This document shows positions 10,632 to 23,872 of a stretch of 64,000 nt of DNA, piece by piece (position 1 is the stretch's first letter; every line of letters begins with the position of its first letter). Both the position numbers and the translations under genes were made by a program. Source of the DNA: Emiliania huxleyi CCMP1516. Its lineage: Eukaryota. Under the pieces are notes generated by a model that was not told where the DNA came from, ran no database searches, and saw only the letters and a list, made by a program, of their open reading frames with translations. The DNA lies in NCBI RefSeq assembly GCF_000372725.1, contig NW_005201391.1:112736-176735 (forward strand). Reading direction: 5' to 3'.

Positions 10632-11558
10632 ATGTCGCTCAACTTCCTCGGGAAGAAGAGCTTCCACCCGAGCGCGCCGCAGAACGTGGCGAAGCTCTGG
10701 AAGGCGGAGGAGAAGAAGCGGCTCGAGGCGGAGAAGAAGAATGAGCTCGCGCGGGAGCATGCGATGGAGGAGTCGCGCCGCCACGCCCGCTCGCTCATGG
10801 CGGCGCGGCGCGGCGAGGTGAACAAGGAGCCGCCCGCGTCGATGGACTTCATGTACCAGAAGCCTCCCGGGCTGGCAGAGGCGTCGCAGCGCAAAAAGGT
10901 GGAAAGGCCTGCCGACAAGGAGGCCGAGCGCTTCCCGCTCCTCAAGGACGCGCCGCGCGCGGGCGTGCATGAGCTCGTCAACGAGGTCCAGCACCAGCCG
11001 TTTGGCGTCAAGCTCAACAACGTGCAGTGCCGCGCGTGCGGCCAGTGGGGCCACTCGGTCGGCGACCGCGAGTGCCCGAAGCGCAACGAGCTGACGGCGG
11101 GCGAGGTGGACGCGAGGGCGCGGCTCGACCCGGTGGGGCGGCTGCACGGCTCGGAGGCCTCGGGCGCCGAGCTGCGCTGGGAGATCAAGGGCGACCGCGG
11201 CGCGGGCGGGCTCGGCGCGGGCGTGAGCGCCCAGGACGCGAACCAGCAGTACGTGCTGGGCGACATGGAGGAGGCAGCGGCCTTGCAGGCGGGGAGCGGT
11301 GAGCCGGGGCTGAGCGAGCTCGACCCGGAGCTCCTCGCGACGCTGAGCGAGAAGCAGCAGCGGCAGCTCCTCAAGATGTACCGCAAGGAGCTCGCGGGGC
11401 GAGAGGGCGGCGGCGAGGGCGGCGGCGAGGGCGGCGGGCGCAAGGAGAAGCGGAAGCGAGAGAAGAAGGAGAAGAAGCAGCGCAAGCGGGAGAAGAAGGA
11501 GCGGCGGCGGCGGCGCGACGGCGAGAGCGGTAGCGATAGCGGGTCAGACTCGGATTGA
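10632..11558 (+). CDS. CIR1/CWC25-like splicing/corepressor protein with Cir_N domain and zinc knuckle
   Basis: NFLGKKSFHP..QNVAKLWKAE (Cir_N), MDFMYQKPPG, CRACGQWGH..GDREC, Lys/Arg-rich tail. Intronless ORF. Confidence 0.85.
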   Translation: MSLNFLGKKSFHPSAPQNVAKLWKAEEKKRLEAEKKNELAREHAMEESRRHARSLMAARRGEVNKEPPASMDFMYQKPPGLAEASQRKKVERPADKEAERFPLLKDAPRAGVHELVNEVQHQPFGVKLNNVQCRACGQWGHSVGDRECPKRNELTAGEVDARARLDPVGRLHGSEASGAELRWEIKGDRGAGGLGAGVSAQDANQQYVLGDMEEAAALQAGSGEPGLSELDPELLATLSEKQQRQLLKMYRKELAGREGGGEGGGEGGGRKEKRKREKKEKKQRKREKKERRRRRDGESGSDSGSDSD

Positions 11559-11699
11559 GGGTCTAGAGCATATTATTTGGAGTATCGACCTGAGCGTGAA
11601 AGCACATGTGTGTAAAAGAGTGAGCGCACCAGAAAAAGTAGAATAACGTTTTAGGAACGGATTGGCTTGCACACCACAAGCCAGGGAAGGGGCACCCGG

Positions 11700-12373
11700 A
11701 ACGCACAGTCAAATCGTTCGCCTTTCAGGAGGCGGAGAGTATCAGCCGAAGGGCGAAGGTGCGTTGGGCCGCGCGCAACGGCCACGCAGTGCTGTCGTTG
11801 CAGCACGACGGTATAGTCGTAGCGGTCAAGAGAGGGAGTGACGCCGGCGACGTGGCGGAACAGATGGCGAGGGCGAGTGAGGAGGCGCTCGGATACCGGC
11901 AGCCGTGCGAGCTGAAAGAGCAAGAGCCTCCGAGCGGAGTAGCGAGACCGCAACTGGCGACACGCGAGGAGGTGGGAGGGGTAGTGCCGGGGCTGGGAGA
12001 GATGGAGGGCTCGCCCCCGAGGCACGGCGCGTGGGTAAGAGACGCCGAACTCCAGGAGGATCCGCTTACGCGCTTCCTACTGCGGTGGGACGAATTTGAG
12101 GTCGGGACACGGGCGCTGTCCGACAGAAACGGGACGCAGGTCATGATGGGCAAGGATAAAGAGCCGCTCGGCTCGGAGAAGGGCCGTGAGCTCAACGCGG
12201 AGGTGGCCAGGATATGCCTCGCGCTACACAGAGCGCGGCCATTCACGCACCTCGCTGCGACGGATGGAGGGAGAGACATGCCAAACAAGTGGGTGGGGGA
12301 TAGGTTCGTGCCGCGACCAGTTGTGTCGTATGGGGTGTACGAAGGACCGGCCCGATTCGGGAGACCCGTCGAG
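11700..12373 (+). mobile_element. Probable retrotransposon ORF fragment ending at the start of an RNase H-like domain
   Basis: Purine-rich ORF ending FTHLAATDGG...VVSYGVYEG, similar to the RNase H first motif (TDGS). Abuts the LINE remnant at 12374. Confidence 0.4.
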
Positions 12374-13391
12374 GGGTTCTTTGTGGGTGTGGTCGGCGAC
12401 TAGCCGGGGTCGTCCTCCCGATGGGGGACTAGCACTAGCCGTCTTCCACATGGTCCCTCGGGTCCCTGCTGCTCCTAATCTCTTCGTACATCCTCCTGCT
12501 GATCTCCGCAACATCCTGCTCCCTCCCTCGTCTCGCCCTGCGCGTCTGCTCCGCCTCACCGTCTTCTGCCCTGCGTCGTCTGGCGACGGGTCCTCCATAG
12601 TCGGTCGAGGTCGCCGCCCTCCTCGTGCCTCTTCCCAACGTTCCCTCGGCGGCCGATGCCGTCTGCTCCGGCTCCCCAGTCCCCGGCTCTGCCCTGCTCT
12701 CGTCTGCGCTAGTCTCTGCCTCGTCCTCACCGGCGTCTCTCCTCTTCCTTCTCCCCTTCTTGTATGCTTTGCACATCGCGTCGATTCCTTTTCGCGTGAG
12801 CACCAGCCTGAAGCCCGCCCAGCATCTGAACCGCTCCCTAAGTCGAAGGAGCATCATCAGTCTCACCCACTTCGCTCGCTGCCCACCGTCTCCGCTCCCT
12901 CCCGCTTGAGCCGCCGTCGCGGCCCTCGTTCGTCCCACTGGCTGTTGGCCCGTCCCTGCGTTGCCTGTGTTATCCCTCCTCTGCGACTCCCTCAAGGCCG
13001 GCCGAGCCTCTTTCCACCCAGTGAAGAGCTTCCTCAGCCACTCAATGTGTTCCTCTCTCTTCATTATGCGCGCCGTAGCCTCATCATTGAGCTGGATCCA
13101 CCTCTGCACCGCGCCCGTCGCCGCCTCGGCCACGACTTGCAAGTTCCTCGTGACCCCGGCGCCAAGGTCCCTCCGGCTCTTCTCCGAGAGATCATCTACC
13201 AGCGCCGGCAACACCCCCCCGACGGCTGGGGCTAGTGCATCGTACCCGTCCTCCTCCAGCACCCTATAGCGTGAGCCCTTCAGCGCAGCGACATGCGCTA
13301 TCCTCAGCGTCTTCAGCGTATCCTTGGAGTCGGGTGCCGCCTGGGCTACTTTGCTGATCGCCGTCCCCGTCTGCGCTCGCGCTACCGGAAC
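12374..13391 (-). mobile_element. LINE ORF C-terminal fragment, copy 1 of a tandem pair (tail missing)
   Basis: Near-identical to 13480-14504. Protein APDSKDT...KGSR...LQVV...WLRKLFTGW is homologous to ORF 46949-47998. Confidence 0.8.
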
Positions 13392-14508
13392 ATAAATAAA
13401 TAAATAAATAAAAACGGACACCTCTCTACTGTGAGATGGGTAAAAAGGAACAGGCCCCCGCCCTTGCGATCTTTGTGCAGGGTTCTTTGTGGGTGTGGTC
13501 GGCGACTAGCCGGGGTCGTCCTCCCGATGGGGGACTAGCACTAGCCGTCTTCCACATGGTCCCTCGGGTCCCTGCTGCTCCTAATCTCTTCGTACATCCT
13601 CCTGCTGATCTCCGCAAAGTCCTGCTCCCTCCCTCGTCTCGCCCTGCGCGTCTGCTCCGCCTCACCGTCTTCTGCCCTGCGTCGTCTGGCGACGGGTCCT
13701 CCATAGTCGGTTAAGGTCGCCGCCCTCCTCGTGCCTCTTCCTAACGTTCCCTCGGCGGCCGATGCCGTCTGCTCCGGCTCCCCAGTCCCCGGCTCTGCCC
13801 TGCTCTCGTCTGCGCTAGTTTCTGCTTCGTCATCACTGGCGTCTCTCCTCTTCCTTCTCCCCTTCTTGTATGCTTTGCACATCGCGTCGATTCCTTTTCG
13901 CGTGAGCACCATCCAGCCTGAAGCCCGCCCAGCAGCTGAACCGCTCCCTAAGTCGAAGGAGCATCATCAGTCTCACCCACTTCGCTCGCTGCCCACCGTC
14001 TCCGCTCCCTCCCGCTTGAGCCGCCGTCGCGGCCCTCGTTCGTCCCACTGGCTGTTGGCCCGTCCCTGCGTTGCCTGCGTTATCCCTCCTCCTCTGCGAC
14101 TCCCTCAAGGCCGGCCGAGCCTCTTTCCACCCAGTGAAGAGCTTCCTCAGCCACTCAATGTGTTCCTCTCTCTTCATTATGCGCGCCGTAGCCTCGTCAT
14201 TGAGCTGGATCCACCTCTGCACCGCGCCCGTCGCCGCCTCGGCCACGACTTGCAAGTTCCTCGTGACCCCGGCGCCAAGGTCCCTCCGGCTCTTCTCCGA
14301 GAGATCATCTACCAGCGCCGGCAACACCCCCCCGACGGCTGGGGCTAGTGCATCGTACCCGTCCTCCTCCAGCACCCTATAGCGTGAGCCCTTCAGCGCA
14401 GCGACATGCGCTATCCTCAGCGTCTTCAGCGTATCCTTGGAGTCGGGTGCCGCCTGGGCTACTTTGCTGATCGCCGTCCCCGTCTGCGCTCGCGCTACCG
14501 GAACATGG
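13392..14508 (-). mobile_element. 5'-truncated LINE copy with 3' UTR and (TTTA)n tail, copy 2 (frameshifted)
   Basis: Same ORF with small indels. Minus strand ends CCCATCTCACAGTAGAGAGGTGTCCGTTTTTATTTATTTA. Confidence 0.82.
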
Positions 14509-14561
14509 TTGTGGACCATGGGCTAAATTACTGCGCTCATATTTTTTGTTCACTCTTTTCG

Positions 14562-14632
14562 CACGGGCGGGGACCTGCTCCTTTTTACCCATCTCACAGT
14601 AGAGAGGTGTCCGTTTTATTTATTTATTTATT
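14562..14632 (+). mobile_element. Very short LINE 3'-end insertion with (TTTA)n tail
   Basis: Matches the tail at 13392-13465 in the opposite orientation. 13-bp TSD TTCACTCTTTTCG at 14549-14561 and 14633-14645. Confidence 0.85.
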
Positions 14633-15230
14633 TTCACTCTTTTCGACTTTTGTCTTTTTCTCGCCCCCCGATCCCCGACCCCGTCCCGCGTCCGTTCGTT
14701 GTGCACGTTGGACAAATTATTTTGCGGAGGACCGCGTGACCGGAGAGTACTCGAATCGCTTGACGCTTGTGTGTGGACACGAGTAGAGTTTCGTGCGCGT
14801 GGGGACGTGGCCCTGCGCGTCAGATAATCTGCAGGACCCAGGAGAGAACTGTCTCTCTCTCTCAAAACAAGTGTGCAGCCTGCAGAGGTGCCACGCGCCA
14901 GGCCGTTGGACCGCAACCTCGGGCTGCAGTGTCTCTCCCTGTCGGGACGTCTCTCCTGGTCCCCAGTCAATCCAGTGTCCAGAACGACACCAGACGAGCT
15001 TCCGCCCCTGCTCCCCCCACCGCGCGAGACCTCCGTACTCCGACGGGCGCGGCGGCGGCGCCCCCGCACTCAGACTCACCCCGCGAGCTCCACCACGCAC
15101 GCCACAGGGCTCCGCCACGCCCTGGGCGCGCGGTGCGGCCGCGGGAGTGCCCGCTGGTGCTGGTGGCAGCCCCAGCCCCACCGCACCGGCCGCTGGCCCG
15201 GAGTCACCTTTCCCACCAGCGGCGTCAAGC

Positions 15231-17118
15231 TCACATCACCACAGGGGGCGTCATGCTCCAGCCCTGCAGTGCGGCGATCTTCTCCACGACTGGCCGCGTG
15301 ATCTCGACCCCGCGGTCCGAGTTGGTCAGGACGACCGCGCCGTACCCGCCCTCGAGGGTACCCACTTGCAGCGCCTTGTAGCCCGGGTTGTCGCCCCAGT
15401 GCCAGAAGCGCTCCACGCCACAATTCCCGCCCTCGAGGAGGTAGCCGAGCCCCTGCTTGGCGTGGAAGTGTGGAATCTTGTCGACGCACGGGTCGGTGCC
15501 CGTCTCCTGAGGCGTAAACATCTCCTTGGCGAGGTCGGGGCTGAGCACCGGCGGCGCGCTCGGGTCGCCCGCGAGGAGCTTCTGCATCACGATCATGCCC
15601 TTGGCGAGGTCCTCGGCCGTCGTCCACAGCCCCGCCACCGACTGGGAGGGGTACTCCTTGAACGAGCCCCGCGGATCCCACGGATGGCCCATGGCCGTGT
15701 TGACGAGGTCGGCCTCGGGGTACGGCGCGACGTACGTGCTGCGGTTCATTCCGAGCGGTCCGAGCACCTTCTTGGCCATGAAGGCGGCAAAGTCCTCCTT
15801 GGCGAGCGGATCGAGGTCCTCCAGCAGCTCCTTCACAACCATGAGCGAACCTACGCCCCAGAGACACGAGGTCATGCCGGGATGCAGCCGAGGGTTGGCC
15901 CTCATGATCAACGCGCGTCGCCCCCGCTGTAGCACCACTGCTTGCCCATCTCCAGGATGGGCCGCACCGCCTCCGAGGTGATGACTGTGCCATCGGGGGC
16001 CGTGCCGCCCTCCAGTACCGACGTGGTCGACGGTGGGATGGGGCTACCGCGGAGATAGCCAGGGTAGAAGCCCGCGCTCAGCCCAGCCGAGTGGGTGAGC
16101 AGTCGGCGCACTGGGATCGCGCCGCCCTTGGTGTAGGGACCGTCCGGGATCTGCCAAGACTTGAGCCCCTCGTTCGCCGGCTCGTCGAGGCTGAGCGCTC
16201 CCTGCTGCACGAACTGGAGCAGCGCGATGTCCGTCGGAGGCTTGCTGAGAGAGCACGCCTATTCAGGCCCACAGCGTGAGGAACGATTCACGGTTAGCGG
16301 CTCGATCATGCGGGAAACACCTGGAAGCGCGTCAGCTTGTCCACCTTCTTCTCCTCCCCCTTGACGAGCACGCCCAGCTGCGCCGTCTCAACCACCTCGT
16401 AGTTGTGAATCACCGAGAGGCTCAGCCCCGGCACCTCATGCTCCGCCATCATCGTCTCAACCTCGCTGAGGAACTCTGCCGGCAGGGGAACCGCCGCCCC
16501 GCCCTTGTAGGCGGCCTGTGGGGAGGGGAGGCGGCTTGGGGGCAAAGAGGTTGCGAGGGTGAAGACCCGACTACAGTAGGTGCCTTTTCGCAGCCGGCCG
16601 GTGGCGTCCATTGAGCGGTTGACGCCTTCTGATACGCCTCGGTCTCATAGAAGTCGGAGAGCGCAATTGGCGCGGCATTTGTGGATCCCTCTGCGCGGTC
16701 GTTGCACGGCACACATTGTTTGGAATTCTGATCCGGGTACAGCTCAAACACCGGGTCCATCGGGGCCTGCGGAAGGGTGGCGGAGGTGCCTTACATGCAC
16801 ATGCAGGTGTTGCCAAGGGCGGCGATTTGGCGGGCGCGGTGAGCGTGAGTGTGGGGGTGCACTCTCCTCTCTCGATTCCAGCAACGCAAACAGGCCAGAA
16901 AACTTCTCCTTGGTACCAGGGATGACCTCCGTCGCCGTCTCGGGGCACGCTTCACCACCACAGAAGAATTTTGTCCACCATGCGTCCCAGTCGACGTGAT
17001 TTGCGCCTGGGTGGTGGGCCAGCGGCACCAACCCAATCAAGAGGCCGCAGCCGACGAGCGCTCCGACGAGCCTGCGTGAGTTCGTGGACCGATGCGGCGC
17101 CGTTCTCTCGTCAATCAT
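15231..17118 (-). CDS. Serine beta-lactamase/penicillin-binding-like hydrolase, multi-exon, N-terminal membrane anchor; 3' exons probably extend to ~14700
   Basis: VPGLSLSVI, TRFQ|ACSLSK (SxxK across a splice), LLTHSAGL, WCYSGG, VLGPLGMNRS, AGLWTTAEDLAK, WHWGDNPGY. Confidence 0.8.
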
Positions 17119-17535
17119 CGTGTTGCTCGCCGCGCCGCCCGCAGGCCCCGGTCCCTCGGTCTTGGTGCCGTGGGACGCACGGCAGCGAATGCAGGGCCGC
17201 AAATGTTACAGCGACGATGCCGACGAAATGAATCCAATAATTGTCGACATCCCCGTGAAAACTACCCCCTTAGTGCCTTTTTTAGCAAGCAAAGAGACAC
17301 CCCCCGGTCGGTGTGGATGGAGGTCGGTCGGTGTGCGTCTTCCCGGCATCCGTCATATGCATATCAGTCAACAGTCATCCCGGTGGACTTAGCGCGGCAT
17401 CGCGATCGGACCGCACCACGTTCACAACAAAAACAACATCGAGAAAGGGACGAGGGACCGAAAGCGCGCCGCGGGAGCCACCCCTCCCGGCCCAGCCGGA
17501 GGGGTTTGTCGTTTGAATCATCCTTCATCGTCTTA

Positions 17536-17995
17536 GGGTAGCTTAAAAGGGTGGGCCCTGGGGCGCCTGCGGCTTAAACGGCTTAAAACCTGCCATGGCA
17601 GGTTTTAAGAGCTGCTGGGCCGCCGATTCATTAAACGGTCTTAAACGCTTAAACGGTGCGGGAGAGCTCCCGAGGTCGATGGTCCGGGAGGCTCCCGGTA
17701 GACGCCGGAGGCCGGGAAGCTGGCTACAGTCAGCTAGCACGCGCCCCCTATGCGAGTATGGCTTACAGATGTGTCTTCAGAGGCGGTTTTGTGCCTAATA
17801 ACGGCAGTATTGGAGAAAACGGCGCGGAACCCAGCGACGCATGGCCGGTGAGGCCGATTTTCTTAAACGGTCTTAAATGAGGGACCCCCCGTGCCTGCAA
17901 TCTCTTAAATGGCAATTTCAGCCCCCAAATCTCCTCATTTCTTAAAAGGTCTTAAAAAAATCCGGCCCTCAGAACCCTAGCCCCTAGGGGCACCC
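17536..17995. mobile_element. Tourist/PIF-Harbinger-like MITE
   Basis: GGG...CCC ends flanked by TTA (17533-17535, 17996-17998). Many internal CTTAAA repeats. Second copy at 55951-57320. Confidence 0.65.
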
Positions 17996-18428
17996 TTAAG
18001 TTCATCGTACATCGAGCGAGTTGAAGAACACTTTGAAGAACTTGAAGTTCAACTTCAAGTTGAACTAGGGCAACTTGTGCTGTGTGCTCTGTGACTGTGT
18101 TGTTGTGTGTTGTGTTGTGTGCGATAAATTCTCGCTCCAGCTTCAGATGCCGCGTTCTACCCCCAAACAAAAGTGCGCACACAATACCCGTGCCAAAACA
18201 GCAAACACTGGCAGGCAGTTGGGGTGTAGAGCGCACTGACTCCACTCTGTACGGATTCAGACTGTACTCTGTAGCGGCAGCGGGGCGGATGTGTAGCGGA
18301 CCCAGCTTCCCATTTTGGCCCATTATGCAGGCCAGAGGGTAAAAAGCCGACTCTTTCAGTAGATCAGTATCGGCGAGCGGGCGGACCCGCGGCTTTTTTA
18401 AATCGCCAGGGTCTAACACTCTTGTCTA

Positions 18429-19190
18429 TTATTCCGCCTCGGCTCCTCCTGCGCCCGGCCCTCCGGCAGCCGTCTGTAGGATCCAGGCCAGGGCGATTGC
18501 GTTCGGGACGTAGTGCCACGCCGAATGCCAAGCGAGGAAAGGCACCATCCGGCCCCACACCTCGCACAGCCGCGAGGGGATGAAGGTGAGGAAGGAGAGC
18601 ACCATCGCCGGAGCCTGCCGCAAACGAGGGAGGAGGGGGGGGGGGGGGAGTGGAGCCCGCAGTGCGCCCTCAATGGGATCCGCCTCGCCCCTTCTCCCTC
18701 ACCAACGCCGGGTGCGCGGTGCTCTCTGCAGACGCCGCCCACACGCGGGCGGTGGCGGCGGCGTTGGCGGTGAGCGTCCACGCCAGCAGCCGGTCGAGCG
18801 TCTGCCACAGACGTCGGCTGAACGGGACGGGCCTGCTCGCAGCTCCAGGTGTTGGGGTGAGGGTGGAGGGTGGGAGGGTGAGGGTGAGGGTGAGGGTGTG
18901 GGTGTGGGTGGAGGGTGGAGGGGGGAGGGGGAGGGTGGAGGGTGGAGGGTGGGTTCGCAGCTGCGCCGCCAATGGCGAGAGGGGGCGGCAGGGTTCGCCT
19001 GCCGAGCGTGGCGACGGCATCGTTCATGAAGGAGAGGCCTCCCTGCAGCAGCAGCGCCGCCGCGAACCAGCCGCCGCCGCACAGGACGGTGGAGCGGAAG
19101 GCGGTGGGCAGGCGGGGCAGGCAAGCGGCGTAGACCGCGCCTGGAGGAGGCGTGCGGGGGCGTGGGAGAGACGATGCGCGGGCTACGAAC
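18429..19190 (-). CDS. Membrane protein exons with CREST-like HxxWH motif (possibly the 3' half of the TLC gene)
   Basis: LLQGGLSFMNDAV, LWQTLDRLLAW, FLAWHSAWHYVPN in successive exons separated by repeat-filled introns. Confidence 0.5.
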
Positions 19191-19199
19191 AAGGTTGAG

Positions 19200-19508
19200 G
19201 TCCTCTCGGGTGCTCAGTCCCCAGGCTGGCGGGCGGGGGGGACGTGGACTCCGCCGTCCAGCACCACAACCGATAGCATGTGTCAAAGCCCCCATCGACG
19301 CTGCCAATGTGGACAGGCTAGAGCGCCGCGCCCGTGGCCGAGTAGGCAAAGCACGAGGCGCGGTAGGCGAAGACGAGGCGGGGGCGAGACGCCTCGAGCT
19401 TGCGCAGCTGCGCCTGCGGGAAAGCTCCGAGAAGCATCCCGGAAGGCTCGAGGAAATGCGCGACCCCTCGAGCGCGCGCAGCGTCGCCGTGCGGTGCTCG
19501 AGCGACGG

Positions 19509-19551
<43 letters not shown>

Positions 19552-20834
19552 GCGATGCGCCTGCAGACATCTCGGATGTGTCTCGGCTGCATCTCGGCTG
19601 CATCTCAGCTGCATCTCGGCTGCATCTCGGCTGCATCTCGGCACCTGCAGATGATCACGCCCCAGCCGAGCTGCATCGCGGTGAGGACGGCGTTGGAGGC
19701 GAGGTAGAAGAGGGTGGCGCCTAGCAGGCTGCGAGAGCTGTCATGGGGGGAGGGAGGAGCGAAGGTCGGAGGGGGAGAGGCTGGCGCCCATAGAGGGGGC
19801 GGAGCGAGGAGGGAGGAGGGTGGAGGGAGGAGGGTGGAGGGAGGAGGGTGGAGGGAGGAGGGAGGGAGCGAGGAGGGAGGGAGGGAGGAGGGAAGGTCGG
19901 AGGGGAGCAGGCACCGCGCGAGGCGCAGGCGACGTCGCCGCGGAGGGCGAGGAGCGAGTCGCTCCAGAAGCGGACCGTCACCGCCGGCCAGAGCAGCAGG
20001 CGGAGAGTGACGAAGCTCGCCGCGAAGACGGCCCTCGCGGCAGAGTAGCCGCCTGGGCACGCCGCGCGGGCAGGGGGGAGGAGCCTAGCGCAGAGTGAGC
20101 GAGAAGGGGTGGAGGGTGCGCATGGCCCTGACCGCAAGCCTCTAAGCCAAGGTCGCACTTGCAGAGCTCGATCCACCCGAGCGGGAGGTTGGAGAGCTCG
20201 GCGGCGCCGGCGAAGAAGAGGATGTAGTGGTGCGTGTATGGCACCTGCTCCGACCAGGCCGGCGTGTGTGTAGACGCGGCGTGCGGAGAAGAGGGTGCGG
20301 GTGCGGGTGCGGCACCGGGTGGGTGGCGAGGTGGGCGAGGGCGCCGGTGAGGAGGTGGTGCGCGATGAGGGCGGGCTGCCGCAGCTCGGGCAGGGAGAGG
20401 TAGAGGAGGAGGTCCGAGGCGAGGTGCGCCACGAGCGGAGCGAGCACATGCTTGCGCACGTACGGCAGGTCGGAGTAGAGGCGGTCCGCGGCCGTCGCAG
20501 GCACCTAGGGTCGGCGAAGGGTAGAGGCTGAAGCAAAGTGTGTCCACGGCGGTGGTGCGAGGGCTTCTGGCGTGGGACGCTCGCCTCGGCGCCGAACCAG
20601 GCGCAGCCTGCCACAGCGAGGTAGAGGTTCCCGGCCACAGTGCACACCTAGAGGACGCGGAGTCGCGATCGCGCGACGGACGGACGCCAATCCGCGGCGC
20701 TCGGCGGCCTCTGCACCTGATAGCCTACCAGCAGCGATGCCCGCGTGCCGTGAGCACCTCGTGCCGAGCGCCAGCGCGGGCGCGACTCCACAACGCAGAC
20801 GGTGGCGGCGAATAGGAGGAGGAGCCAAAGCATG
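19200..20834 (-). CDS. TLC (TRAM/LAG1/CLN8) domain membrane protein, multi-exon
   Basis: Signal-like MLWLLLLFAA; LIAHHLLT, AELSNLPL, FAASFVTLRL, LTAMQLGWGVII are typical TLC motifs. Confidence 0.7.
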
Positions 20835-21191
20835 AGTGGCGCCGCCGCGGAAAGCATGAGTGTTGATCGCGGTGTCGCCTCGCCCAGCATGGTGTGTCGG
20901 TGTCGGTTGCCAGGAGTAGTACTGTGCTGCATGAATGCTTGCCCAGGTGTGAACAACACCCCCCGCCTGTTGATGGGTCCAGGTGATAGCCCTGGGTGGA
21001 CAATGCATACGCCTAGTTGAGCCTCAGATCGCCCGACCGCGTCCCGGTGCTCTGTGGTCGGATTTGTGACGCCGCCGCCCTCCGGAGGACGAGGATGGCC
21101 GTGACGGACCGGGACGAGCTCTGGGAGGTGGAGTGTCAGTGAGTATATTGTAGAGACCATATGCACAATATCTCTCAGTCTAGCTAAGCCT

Positions 21192-21802
21192 GGGATACCC
21201 ATCACTGAGCCGACGATGCTATGGGTAGCCCCAGGGTGGCGCCCACCCCCATACCCTCAGGCACTTGCCTGCGCCCTGGCCGCGCATGCCGCGCACGCGC
21301 GCGCACGCCCGCGCACGCCGCGCACGCGCGCGCACGCCCGCGCACGCCGCGCACGCGCGCGCACGCCCGCGCACGCCGCGCACGCGCGCGCACGCCCGCG
21401 CACGCCGCGCACGCGCGCGCACGCCCGCGCACGTGCGCGCACGCGGCACTACGCCCGCGCACGTGCGCGCACGTGCGCGCACGTGCGCGCACGCCCGCGC
21501 ACGCCCGCGCACGCCCGCGCACGCCCGCGCACGTCCGCGCACGTCCGCGCACGTCCGCGCACGCCGCACTACGCGGCACTGCCCAGGTTCCCTCACGCTC
21601 AGATTCCCTCACGCTCAGATTCCCTCACGCTCAGATTCCGTGCAAGGGGGTGCCGAGGTATGCCGCAGGCCGGGATGGAGTGAGATCTTGCGGGGCAGGG
21701 CGTGGGCTAGTGCGCGAGGGCGCAGGCAAGTGCCCGAGGGCATGGGGGTGGGCGCCACTCTGGGGCTACCCGTAGCATTGTCGGCTCAGTGATGGGTATC
21801 CC
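21192..21802. mobile_element. MITE/foldback element with ~85-bp terminal inverted repeats
   Basis: GGGATACCCATCACTGAGCCGAC...CTGCGCCCT (21192-21277) is the near-perfect reverse complement of 21717-21802. The interior is a CGCACGCC array plus three copies of TTCCCTCACGCTCAGA. Confidence 0.85.
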
Positions 21803-22111
21803 TGGGAAGGCGATGCCGGGGCCGTGCAACAGCTTGATGGTGCTTCGCCGGCGTGCGTCCCGGAGCGGTCCCGGTTGGGCTCAACCCGGTTTGCCTCTCG
21901 CACCCCGTCTGTTTTCCTTTCCTTTTTTCTCTACAACACCCTCTCTTTTCCTCTCTATTTTCCCGGGAAAACTGCGTGGAAATCGTCAAATTTTTGGCTC
22001 TGAGCCGAGTCTGAGGCTGGTTTGGGCCTGAGGGAGGGTGTAGAGGATGTAGAGTGTAGAGCGCTGTAGAGCTGTAGAGAAAAACATAACGAAAAGAAAA
22101 ACGAGTGCGCC

Positions 22112-23750
<1,639 letters not shown>

Positions 23751-23872
23751 AGGGACACGAGAGGGGAGAAGAGGGAGTAGCCAGAGTATAGGACACCGCT
23801 CGGACCGGGATGCGGGTGGGAAGCGGGAACTTTTCGGTTTTCGTCTTTCCCGGAGTATTGAGTGCGCTGCGG

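Noticed and set aside
18855..18955. (GGGTGA/GGGTGGA)n as telomeric sequence
   Set aside because: A short, degenerate intronic low-complexity tract, not a TTAGGG array.
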